In this document: positions 19,043 to 28,240 of the stretch, piece after piece
Layout of the letters: each line of letters begins with the position of its first letter
Numbering within the stretch: position 1 is the first letter of the stretch
Source of the DNA: a virus
Taxonomy: Duplodnaviria; Caudoviricetes
Virus record (IMG/VR): IMGVR_UViG_3300031994_004484
Reading direction: 5' to 3' (one strand)
Length of the DNA: 64,000 nt
Notes under the pieces: generated by a model
Told to the model about the DNA's origin: nothing
The model's input: only the letters and a program-made list of their open reading frames with translations
The model's database searches: none
Program-made: the position numbers and the translations under genes

Positions 19043-19798
19043 ATGGCTAAGAAAGTTATAAGGCTCACTGAGAGCGACATTATGGGCATTGTGAAAAATG
19101 TCATAAACGAAATGTATGAATGCACCAACGAGATTTCTGACGGTAAGTTAAATGAGGGTGGGTATTTTGATGATGAGGATGATGAAAACCTTGGTGATTT
19201 GTTGTCACAGTTTGATGATGAAATTGATGATGAGTATGTTCCTGATGAAGAAGAGATGAATGACGAATTCTCGGACGAACCTGAAGGTGATCCTGAAGAA
19301 CCCGGAAAACCCGAAGGCGAAGAAGAGGAGATTGACGACCTTTCCTCGTTTGAAGATTCTGACGAAGAAGGGAAAGAGGAAAAGGATTTGTACGCAAAAA
19401 GGTATGAAGGAAGTGCAGAGGACAGTTGGTATGTCGAGCCCCCGAAAGACGAACACAAATATGACGAAGACAACGAGTACACGGATGGTGATGTTGTATA
19501 TTACGAGAATATTCCTATAGAGAAGAAAGACGGGAGGTTCCATATGACCATTGAGGACGGTTTCAAGGGTGATAACGGTGACTGTCCGAGAATTGATGTT
19601 GTTGGTTCCCATATTGCTGACGTTAAAGGTGAATACGACCGTCTTTGGAACAAGTTCTATTACAAAGATCATTACAAATATGCCGACCAAATGGTCAACA
19701 GCGGAAAGGGTCAGATTCAGATTGACGACACAGAACCGCTCGGTCAGGGTACAAGAATGGGTGATTACACGGTTCTTGTTGACTTAGACAAGAAATAA
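19043..19798 (+). CDS. Acidic protein with RLTESD...VINE leader, putative internal head protein
   Basis: MAKKVIRLTESDIMGIVKNVINE; long D/E-rich tract; TATTTAT upstream. Confidence 0.55.
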   Translation: MAKKVIRLTESDIMGIVKNVINEMYECTNEISDGKLNEGGYFDDEDDENLGDLLSQFDDEIDDEYVPDEEEMNDEFSDEPEGDPEEPGKPEGEEEEIDDLSSFEDSDEEGKEEKDLYAKRYEGSAEDSWYVEPPKDEHKYDEDNEYTDGDVVYYENIPIEKKDGRFHMTIEDGFKGDNGDCPRIDVVGSHIADVKGEYDRLWNKFYYKDHYKYADQMVNSGKGQIQIDDTEPLGQGTRMGDYTVLVDLDKK

Positions 19799-19907
19799 GA
19801 CCACATACACAACTCAATATATCATACCGGTGCATTTCAGTTTCCCTGTCTTGCGCCGTTTTTTGTTTGAGAAAACTATTTATCTTATTAGAAAACTTTG
19901 ATTTGAA

Positions 19908-21050
19908 ATGTATCAGATAACCGAAGAAATGAGAAACCTATTCAACCTTGCCCAAAGCAAGTTGGGTGGCGGGATAAGGAAGATTGAAATAGAAGAAAGC
20001 GCAATGTGCGACCTTTTGGATTTGGCCATGTTGCGTTACAACGAATATGTGCTTAACTTCATAATCGAGAGCAATTGGTCCAATTTTTACGGAAAGACGT
20101 TGAATAGCAGAGAATTGGCTTATGCTTTTTCGATGCGAACACTTGATATATCCAAGGATTTCTCCGACTATTTCTCACACTTTGTAGGGTTGCAGCAGCA
20201 TGGAACCAAATGGGAGCTTAAGAAGGATTTCTTCAAGATTGTTCCAGGTCAGCAGGTTTACGTCATTCCGGCCGGCAGGGCTATAGAACGTGTTTTGCAT
20301 ATAACCCCACCAACAACGGATGCGGCTTTGCTTGCAACATATTATGGCGCTTATGGATACGGTGGTGCGGGTATGTTTGCCCAATTGGGTGGTGCCGCCG
20401 CAGGTGCTTTCGCAGGAATGCCGGGTTACGGTATGTGGACGTCTCCTCTTATCATGCCTATATATGATGTTGCTTTAGCAAGTACGAACATGAAAGAGAA
20501 GAACAAACTCTTGGGTGGTGATATGGCCTATAAGGTGACGGCAGGTCCTGACGGCACACATTTCATACATTTGTTCAATGTACCCGGTGGATTGTTTGAA
20601 AGAATGGGTGGTTTCGGAAGAAGAAAGGAATGTTATTGTTGGTACACGTATTACGATGTTGCTCCGGGTGATGAAAACGAATGCGCTTTGGAGAATCCTG
20701 ATGTGATACTGTCACCTGATCAGGTACAATACAAGGGTAGGGATTTCTCGTTACTTAATGATGCGGCAAAAGCCATTGTTACGAGAATGTTCATAGGCGA
20801 AGTTGCCGAGACATTGGGTCTTACACGAGGGAAGTTTTCGGGTAAGATTGCAATGCTCAACAACGACCTTGTATTGGATTATAATATGCTTTTGCAATTA
20901 GGTCAGAGGGAAAAAGACGGTGCTGCAACAGAACTTAAGGAAAGACTTGAGAAAATGTCTCCGTATGCCATGCTTCAGCGTGAGGCTGAAATGGTTGAGA
21001 ATATGAAGAAAGCGAGAAACGGAGTCCCGTTGAGATGGTTTGTTAGGTAG
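19908..21050 (+). CDS. Neck protein (T4 gp13-like head-tail adaptor)
   Basis: KLGGGIRKIEI N-terminus; LGLTRGKFSG...LVLDY...G..E...L.E.L C-terminus. Confidence 0.65.
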   Translation: MYQITEEMRNLFNLAQSKLGGGIRKIEIEESAMCDLLDLAMLRYNEYVLNFIIESNWSNFYGKTLNSRELAYAFSMRTLDISKDFSDYFSHFVGLQQHGTKWELKKDFFKIVPGQQVYVIPAGRAIERVLHITPPTTDAALLATYYGAYGYGGAGMFAQLGGAAAGAFAGMPGYGMWTSPLIMPIYDVALASTNMKEKNKLLGGDMAYKVTAGPDGTHFIHLFNVPGGLFERMGGFGRRKECYCWYTYYDVAPGDENECALENPDVILSPDQVQYKGRDFSLLNDAAKAIVTRMFIGEVAETLGLTRGKFSGKIAMLNNDLVLDYNMLLQLGQREKDGAATELKERLEKMSPYAMLQREAEMVENMKKARNGVPLRWFVR

Positions 21051-21081
21051 AAAAAAAAGCCTCTGTTATAGAGGCTTTTTT
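21051..21081. terminator. Bidirectional intrinsic terminator between convergent genes
   Basis: A-run, GCCTCT-GTTAT-AGAGGC, T-run. Confidence 0.85.
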
Positions 21082-21082
21082 G

Positions 21083-22258
21083 TTAAACAATACCGTTTTC
21101 CTTTAGAAATTCATTAAATTCGTCCCATGGGATATAATCTTCCGGGTCTTCATCTGAATGAACCCCGTTTTTTGATATATAGCCATGAAACGGCTCATCC
21201 ATAACCTGAACATATTTCGGATTGCTGATTTCCACATAAGCCAATCCGTTATCCCTTATAGGTGAGGCCACATCAAAATTGATAAGCGGTGATATTTTCT
21301 TTTTGTTAACGTCAATGAAATTGTATTTTCCGTCAGGACTTGTCTTAACCATTATAAGGTCGTTTATCCTTTTGTTCAACGCCGTCGCGACATTCCTTGT
21401 GTCTTGGAAATCCTGCACATCTTTACCGTAGAATGTGCGCCCGTCAACATCATAGAATATCGTGTCAACAGTGTCTTGTGTGAAAATGTCGTCTTTCCAC
21501 GTCTTACCTCTGTCCGTTGAATAGGCTATCGGAAGCAAACCTTTGAAATCGCGTACAACGCACACAAAACCATCATGGCCACCATAGAAAATAAAACCGG
21601 CAACACCGTGTTCTATAAGATACACGTCACTGTTTTCATTGTCTTTTTGGTCTTTGTATCTTTTTCCAAGTGCTTTAGCCAAATTTCTCCATATTTCAAC
21701 AGCTTCGGTTGAGGTTCTACCGTGCATGCTCAATATGCTTCTGTAAAAACCCGTCCTTTTCATTTTTTCGACATCTTCCTTTCCAAAGAAATGAAGTAAT
21801 TGGTCCTGCATTCTCCACATTCCGCCAAAAACTTTTTTTGCTATGGCTTCATCGTATATCAGAAAGTCCTTGAATTTAGACAAAACAAGCATTTTTACAA
21901 AGGTATCGCCATATACACCATGTTTAACGTTCTCTGCGGTTGAGCATAATTTATAAGTGGAATATGTTCCGGGGCCATACATATTACCTCCCTTTGAACC
22001 AGTGAACGCCCTATCAAAACCGTTCTTGAATATTGACGGTATGTTTGATTTAGATGTTACCTGATAAACTACAGGAAAACCGCAAATGTATTCCTGCCCT
22101 GTTTTTCTATCCATCTCTTTGTTTTCCGAATCCTTGAAGCTGTCAACGGTAAGACCTTCCTTATTGTCGTAATATTCGTTAAGGGATTCATTGATTACAT
22201 ACGAACCACCTTTGGCCGGATTATACTCGTTTATGAATTTTATTTTTTCTACATCCAT
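21083..22258 (-). CDS. PARP-like ADP-ribosyltransferase-fold protein with C-terminal WG-repeat-like segment
   Basis: YQVT...IFKNGF...GNMYGPGTYST resembles the PARP HGT...GF...GxMxGxGxY signature. Confidence 0.55.
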   Translation of the reverse strand: MDVEKIKFINEYNPAKGGSYVINESLNEYYDNKEGLTVDSFKDSENKEMDRKTGQEYICGFPVVYQVTSKSNIPSIFKNGFDRAFTGSKGGNMYGPGTYSTYKLCSTAENVKHGVYGDTFVKMLVLSKFKDFLIYDEAIAKKVFGGMWRMQDQLLHFFGKEDVEKMKRTGFYRSILSMHGRTSTEAVEIWRNLAKALGKRYKDQKDNENSDVYLIEHGVAGFIFYGGHDGFVCVVRDFKGLLPIAYSTDRGKTWKDDIFTQDTVDTIFYDVDGRTFYGKDVQDFQDTRNVATALNKRINDLIMVKTSPDGKYNFIDVNKKKISPLINFDVASPIRDNGLAYVEISNPKYVQVMDEPFHGYISKNGVHSDEDPEDYIPWDEFNEFLKENGIV

Positions 22259-23919
22259 TGTTTATTATCCTTTAAGACTTTATCCATACGTTCCATCAGG
22301 TTGTTGACCTGTTTTTGGTTCTCTTTGTTCCAATATTCGAAATCCTCGTCATTCATTTCTCCCGCACCTACAACCTTAAGACCCAAGTCTTTTATGAATT
22401 TTTCAGGAGTACATAATGTGATATTCTCTTCAAGAGATTCATTAAGAGCTGTTTCTGTTTTTGGCTTTGGTGTATTGTCTTTCGGAAGGTCTTTTATGGC
22501 GCTTTTGAGTTTTGTGATTGTAGCATTCCTTTTGGTGTCCAAAAATTTGAGTATTTCGTTGACTATGTTACTGTCATGAACGGCGGTTGCCCTGTCAATT
22601 GTTCCACCTTTCACTGCGCTTAATGCGGTTCCATCCCATACGCCGCAAAGGAACAGAATTTCACCTGTTATCCTGTCTCTTGAAGCAACCCTGTCTGCCG
22701 GTTTTTTGATTTTATATTCATCTTCAAGCATTCCGTCAACAATTTTCTTCAAAACTTTCGGAAGGAGTGCCGTGTAGTCAGGATTTTTCTTTTCATTACC
22801 CAAAGCCCCGAAATATTGACCCAATTTTGCGTCTTTTCTCATTAGTTGGCTTGTTAGTATCGCATAATAGAATTTTGCGTTGTCACTTATCAGTTCTTTT
22901 AGCTTTTTGTATTCTTCAGCGTTTTCATCATTAGGCTGTAATGTATTAAGAAAGCCGGCTGTTAATTCGTTCGGTTCACCCGTCATGTTATTTACCATAC
23001 CGTATTTTGTTTGCCGCCAATCGTCTTCACTGTCAATTGGTGTGACTTCACTTTGGTCGTAACCTACGGCTATGCATAACATATTGGTCGTTTTTGCTGC
23101 ATCTAACGATATTCCGTATTTTGCATGTCCGGTAAACTCTTTGCTTTTATTGAATACTATTCCATGAGAGTCAGCGTGTTTCTTCAAAAGGTTATAATCA
23201 TTCTCTATCTCCCTTCTATTACTATACGGTGCTAAATAATAAATCTCTTGTGCCCCGGGATTTACACGGCAATTGAAAGTGTGCAACCAATCATATTCCG
23301 TAAGGACTAACGTGGCGTCAGGTTTTTGAGATAGTATCATCTTAACAGTATCCCAAGAAAGCTTATGTCCGTAAACCTCCTGATATATCTTGCTGTACAT
23401 TTTAACAAACCTATTAACTATCTCGTTTGTTTCAGAATTTCCTAACTCTTGCACAAGTTCAATCCACTTCTCGCTCGACTCCTCTTCAGCCTTGTCATAT
23501 TCCCTTATCTTTGTCATTAAAGTATCTATGTCCGGAAGCTTGTAACCATATTGGTTGAATATCTCGAAAGCCATGCGAGCTTTTTTCGCCGCCGTTTCAC
23601 TTTCGCTGTATATGTCATTGCAGTTATAGACAATGTTATATGTCTTTTTGTCCTCTGAAGGGTATTCGGCGTTTGGTTTAACACCGAGTTCCTTGTCAAG
23701 CACATCAACAATTTCAGCAGGGACATTATAAAACCCGACATTCAAAATACGTTTGTTTATTTTCTTCGGCTCGTTTGAACCCTGCCTGTATTTAGGGTTT
23801 ATTTTCGGAATCCAACGCGCCTGTATGGAAGCTTCTACTTTCGGTTTTTCCTGAATACCATTGCGTTCCTCTTCCGTGAGGTAATTCTCTATATTGTCAT
23901 AAAACAAAAATTCGTTCAT
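22249..23919 (-). CDS. Protein with central ArdC-N-like ssDNA-binding domain
   Basis: LSWDTVKMILSQKPDATLV...W...FNCRVNPGAQEIYYLAP. Confidence 0.55.
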   Translation of the reverse strand: MNEFLFYDNIENYLTEEERNGIQEKPKVEASIQARWIPKINPKYRQGSNEPKKINKRILNVGFYNVPAEIVDVLDKELGVKPNAEYPSEDKKTYNIVYNCNDIYSESETAAKKARMAFEIFNQYGYKLPDIDTLMTKIREYDKAEEESSEKWIELVQELGNSETNEIVNRFVKMYSKIYQEVYGHKLSWDTVKMILSQKPDATLVLTEYDWLHTFNCRVNPGAQEIYYLAPYSNRREIENDYNLLKKHADSHGIVFNKSKEFTGHAKYGISLDAAKTTNMLCIAVGYDQSEVTPIDSEDDWRQTKYGMVNNMTGEPNELTAGFLNTLQPNDENAEEYKKLKELISDNAKFYYAILTSQLMRKDAKLGQYFGALGNEKKNPDYTALLPKVLKKIVDGMLEDEYKIKKPADRVASRDRITGEILFLCGVWDGTALSAVKGGTIDRATAVHDSNIVNEILKFLDTKRNATITKLKSAIKDLPKDNTPKPKTETALNESLEENITLCTPEKFIKDLGLKVVGAGEMNDEDFEYWNKENQKQVNNLMERMDKVLKDNKQWM

Positions 23920-23954
23920 TTTGTAAAAATTCTTTATAAAAGATAAATATCAGG

Positions 23955-24383
23955 CTAAACGGTTATAAATCTCAAAATCATACCCCTTTTTGAAAGTTTT
24001 TTCTCTATTTCATAAAGGCTTTCGCCGTATTTGAAAACAAAACGCATTTCAGGATATTCTTCATAACCGTCAATGTTCTCATAGGCCATAGCAACACAAC
24101 CGTCACATATATCCTGATACGAACAACAACAGTTTTCCTGACCCAACACAAAATCTACATCCGTTTTTAATTCCAAAACCTTCTCGTATTGTCCGTCGGG
24201 CTGTAAATTCCTGCAATTGCAGGCGGGTTTTTCACCCCATTCCTCACACCACACCTCATCAAGGTCTGTCGCGCAAAGGAAATGGTATACATTGTTCCCG
24301 TCAACGTCTTTTCCGACACGGTCTATATATACAACTTTCAATTCATCGTTGCCATTGTCTGTGAAATCAATCTCTTCAATCAT
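23955..24383 (-). CDS. Hypothetical Cys/acidic protein
   Basis: 142 aa ORF overlapping the helicase stop (ATGA). Confidence 0.7.
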   Translation of the reverse strand: MIEEIDFTDNGNDELKVVYIDRVGKDVDGNNVYHFLCATDLDEVWCEEWGEKPACNCRNLQPDGQYEKVLELKTDVDFVLGQENCCCSYQDICDGCVAMAYENIDGYEEYPEMRFVFKYGESLYEIEKKLSKRGMILRFITV

Positions 24384-26320
24384 TTCTTCTCGTTTTCGGA
24401 TTTTATTGTTTCATCCATAAGATAGCCTTTGTACAGAACTTTGTCAAACATTTCCTCTGAAATCGAGTCGTTAAAGAGCATGTATATACATTCCACGTCT
24501 CTTGTTTGCGTAAGCCTGTGTATCCTTGATTCCGCTTGAACGTTATCGGAATAGTTCCACTCGAAATTGTTGAAAACAATCTTTCTTGATACAGGTAGCG
24601 ATATTCCCGTTCCGCTCGCTATGATGTTCCCCAAAAACACTTTCACGTTATTATCATTATTAAAAGCGTCTTGCGCCGAATCCTTCTGTTTAGCCGTCAT
24701 TCCTCCACGATAACACACGGCTTTGTCCCCATAATATTCCTTCAGCATATCCATTTCCTTGCGGAATACCGTCATTACAACAACCTTTTCACCGTCTTCA
24801 AGGAGTTCGTTCACGACATCTATGGTATGGGCAACCATTTCTCTGCCGAAAAACTGCCTTATAAGGCCACCCTCTATAAGCTGCCTGTTTTTATCCAAAT
24901 CACTTTCATTCTCATACTCATTCCAATATTCAGAATAAGTGTCGCCCAACGAAACGTCATTACCTTCCTGTGCGTTCACATAATCATCCCATAACAAGGA
25001 GTATTTTGCACGCTGTTCTTCACTGAAATCGAAATAACGTCTGCTTACAGTCTTTCCAACCATAACACCAACATCCGTTGTAAGCCTCCTTATGTAACAT
25101 TCTTTTATTTTATCCCTCAACTCTTCCAAATTCTGCGGTTCACCGAATGTCACATACTTGCCTCCGTCCCTTCTGTTGTGTTCTTTCGCCCCCATGAAGC
25201 GTTTTATATAATACCTGTAGTCTTTTGTCACATCAGCCCCGATAAGGTTGAGGATATTGTATAAATTCATCGGGTTATTGGTCAAAGGCGTCCCTGTTAA
25301 CAAAAAAACATAGTTTGGATTGGATTTTTTAAGGAAATCAGATATAGTTTTATACCTTATAGACCCTTTGTTTGCGAGTTTTTGTGCTTCATCAATTATA
25401 ACACAGTCAAAATTACCCAAAAACAACGGAGATTTCTTTAATGAAACCGAAATATCCAATTTTTTCATACTTTTTTTTGTTTTTTGGACAAGTTTTCCCG
25501 ATTTTTTGATCATAACAGGCCTTTTCAATACCTCAACAACATTTCCTTCATAATCCCTTATCTCAACATCCTCAAAAACAGGCTCTTCAGGTACCTCATA
25601 GAAATTCTGCACTATTTCATAGTTAATAATCGTCACTTTAGGAACCTCTTCACGCCATTTTGACCCCGATATAATCTGTATGTCATTATCATCCATGAAA
25701 CGCAGGGCTTCTTTCTTCCAATTGGTCTTCAAAGAAGCAGGTGAAATTATGAGTATGTGCTCAGCTTTGGCCTCTAATGCCGAAACCAATGATGTGATGG
25801 TCTTTCCGGTTCCCATTTCGTCCGCACAGACACACTTTTTGTTGGCAACCATGAACCTTACGCCATCCTTTTGGTGTTCTCTCAACTTTATCGGTTGAAG
25901 TATCTTGTCATATTTTTCAAAATCAACATCAAATGACTTCCAATCGATAGTGAACAACTTACCCAAGAGACCTTTTTTTTGTATATAAGCAAGTTTCTCA
26001 CCTTCTGATTGCCTATATTTGAAGTATGCATGGTATGAATCCCCCATTTCACCTATTATCTTGGTGACCTTTATCTTTTCAGGGACAAAGGCAAGGTTAT
26101 TTTTTTCGAACAATTTCTGCCCCAAATCTTTGGTTACACCGATAACTTTATTCACGTCAATCGGTATATAGTCTTTGTTTTTGTTCACATATTGCACCTC
26201 AAAATCGGACAATACCTTACCGCCTCTTTTGTATTGTTTGGACAAAAGGGTTATATAAGGGTTATCACCTTGATAATCCTCAAGTATCTTATATGCTTTC
26301 GATATTTTAGTTTCTGCCAT
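24380..26320 (-). CDS. SNF2-family (HARP-like) helicase
   Basis: ADEMGTGKT, IIDEAQ, LLTGTP, QAESRIHR motifs. Confidence 0.9.
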   Translation of the reverse strand: MAETKISKAYKILEDYQGDNPYITLLSKQYKRGGKVLSDFEVQYVNKNKDYIPIDVNKVIGVTKDLGQKLFEKNNLAFVPEKIKVTKIIGEMGDSYHAYFKYRQSEGEKLAYIQKKGLLGKLFTIDWKSFDVDFEKYDKILQPIKLREHQKDGVRFMVANKKCVCADEMGTGKTITSLVSALEAKAEHILIISPASLKTNWKKEALRFMDDNDIQIISGSKWREEVPKVTIINYEIVQNFYEVPEEPVFEDVEIRDYEGNVVEVLKRPVMIKKSGKLVQKTKKSMKKLDISVSLKKSPLFLGNFDCVIIDEAQKLANKGSIRYKTISDFLKKSNPNYVFLLTGTPLTNNPMNLYNILNLIGADVTKDYRYYIKRFMGAKEHNRRDGGKYVTFGEPQNLEELRDKIKECYIRRLTTDVGVMVGKTVSRRYFDFSEEQRAKYSLLWDDYVNAQEGNDVSLGDTYSEYWNEYENESDLDKNRQLIEGGLIRQFFGREMVAHTIDVVNELLEDGEKVVVMTVFRKEMDMLKEYYGDKAVCYRGGMTAKQKDSAQDAFNNDNNVKVFLGNIIASGTGISLPVSRKIVFNNFEWNYSDNVQAESRIHRLTQTRDVECIYMLFNDSISEEMFDKVLYKGYLMDETIKSENEKK

Positions 26321-26390
26321 ACGTGGTAAATATACTATTTTTCAGAATAACTATTTATAGTTTGACACATTTTTCATAAAAAAAGTATAA

Positions 26391-26906
26391 ATGCCGAACA
26401 GAACAGACATACCGGTTGGTAGAAACAAGTTGTTTTATTCCGAGAAGGATTTCGAGCTTGAAAACGACATCCTTATGGAATACCTTGAGTGCGACCTCAA
26501 CCAAACTATAGTTGTGTACCCCGTTGACAGGGAGAAAACGCAGATAAACGCAATATCACAAAGCGCGGTCAACGGTATAAGGTTTAAGAACCCCGTTGAA
26601 CTTCCGTGTCAGTTTGAAATAGAAGACTCGCAATTGAAAACATTCGACAGCAAGACAAGCAACGGTGTTTATGCGCTTACGGGCAATCTGATTGTGAACA
26701 TACCCGTAAAGGTTATCGAGAAATACGGTTGCGATATCAGCAGGGGTGACTATATCGGTGTCTATATAGAGGAAGGCAGAATGGTCTATTTTGCCGTAAC
26801 AGACGACGGAAAGGTCAATACCTCCAACAGGAACTACATAGGTGCATATAAGACCGCGTGGAGACTTATAAAGGCCTCCCCGCAGACCGAGTTCAATGGA
26901 ATATAA
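26391..26906 (+). CDS. Putative head-closure/neck protein (gp14-like)
   Basis: TATTTAT upstream; position before tail-completion and sheath genes; DISRGDYI motif. Confidence 0.5.
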   Translation: MPNRTDIPVGRNKLFYSEKDFELENDILMEYLECDLNQTIVVYPVDREKTQINAISQSAVNGIRFKNPVELPCQFEIEDSQLKTFDSKTSNGVYALTGNLIVNIPVKVIEKYGCDISRGDYIGVYIEEGRMVYFAVTDDGKVNTSNRNYIGAYKTAWRLIKASPQTEFNGI

Positions 26907-26933
26907 TGGGAAAATAAAAAGGAGGAAAAAATA

Positions 26934-27983
26934 ATGCCGCAGAGTCCTAAAAAAACACTTACAAAACTTAATCTCAAAAGAAAACCTTTTGCCTCATTGA
27001 AAAGATTCGAGAACGCAAAAGACGCTTTTGAGGCAAATACCGTTTTTCCAAAACCCGTTGAATATGACGACATAGACAAGGCTGTCCTTGAATTTGTCAG
27101 CAATGAAATAAAACTGCTTGACAATGAAGGAAAGTTCGCCCCGACATTTACACTTTTCAGCAACCAAAGGTTTTCAGAATACTCACAGACATGGCAACAT
27201 ACTGACGAATATGGTAATCTTTTGATGGATTTCAAGACAGTGAATCGTCAGACAAACCCCAATTGGGGAAAGAACCAAGGAGGTATGCATAATATACCCG
27301 GCGATAGAAGATATACCGTGCAGGTAAAGGAAGTGTTGGACGACAACGGAACGGAATCGTACGAAGTTTATTCCATGACACAACCGTTATCGGTAGATTT
27401 ACAATATACAATCAGTTACATAACAGCCGATTGGCATAAATTAAACAATTTCAATACACAGCTTAATGAATTATTCAAAGCAATACAGTGTTACATAAAG
27501 CCAAACGGTTGGTACATGCCTATGACATTGTCTTCTATTGACGACCAAACAGAATACGCCATAGACAATAGAAAAATATACATCCAAAGCGCAACGGTGG
27601 ATATAAAGGCGATTATATCACCGGAATCTTCATATAAAATAGATAAATTCCCGAAAAGATTATTCACATCTGCCGCAGAATGGAGCGGAAACAAAAATGA
27701 AAAAACATTTGTCGATGTGGAGGAGAATAAAAAAGAGAGAAAATTGACAATATATTTCAGCACAGGGGTTACAAGTGCTGAATTCACTTTCGATGAAATG
27801 GTCAGAATAAAAGACATAGAAAAGGAAAATATCAGGGATTTCTCAATAAAGATTGACGGAAATAAAATAAATGATTTTACAAACGGATTCACGCTGAACT
27901 ATACAAGCACAGTGAAAATAATTATAAAACCTGTTGATAAAAACCATCCGTCTAAACTTTTTCTTCTCGGTAAAAAAATCTGA
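26934..27983 (+). CDS. Putative tail terminator/sheath stabiliser (gp15-like)
   Basis: DIDKAV...PLSVDLQYTISY pattern; directly upstream of sheath. Confidence 0.5.
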   Translation: MPQSPKKTLTKLNLKRKPFASLKRFENAKDAFEANTVFPKPVEYDDIDKAVLEFVSNEIKLLDNEGKFAPTFTLFSNQRFSEYSQTWQHTDEYGNLLMDFKTVNRQTNPNWGKNQGGMHNIPGDRRYTVQVKEVLDDNGTESYEVYSMTQPLSVDLQYTISYITADWHKLNNFNTQLNELFKAIQCYIKPNGWYMPMTLSSIDDQTEYAIDNRKIYIQSATVDIKAIISPESSYKIDKFPKRLFTSAAEWSGNKNEKTFVDVEENKKERKLTIYFSTGVTSAEFTFDEMVRIKDIEKENIRDFSIKIDGNKINDFTNGFTLNYTSTVKIIIKPVDKNHPSKLFLLGKKI

Positions 27984-28000
27984 AAGAACATGTACTGTAC

Positions 28001-28131
28001 TTAAAAAGTGATCCTAGTGATCATTGTTATCGTATTATCACTTTTTAAAATTAATAGTTATATTATAATATATTAATACTAGTACTAGTATTATAAAGTA
28101 CGTTTTATAATTCACCTCTGGTGATATTCAC
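28001..28131. repeat. Cluster of palindromes and inverted repeats in an AT-rich intergenic region
   Basis: TTAAAAAGTGAT/ATCACTTTTTAA; TATATTATAATATA; TAATACTAGTACTAGTATTA; ATTATAAA/TTTATAAT. Confidence 0.9.
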
Positions 28132-28240
28132 TGGCATTTGTCTAAAAATTAAAAACTTACTGTTTTGTGAAAAGAAATGCAAGTTCTAAAAACAACAGGA
28201 TATTTATATAAGAAAATAATAACAAAACTATAAAAGAATA

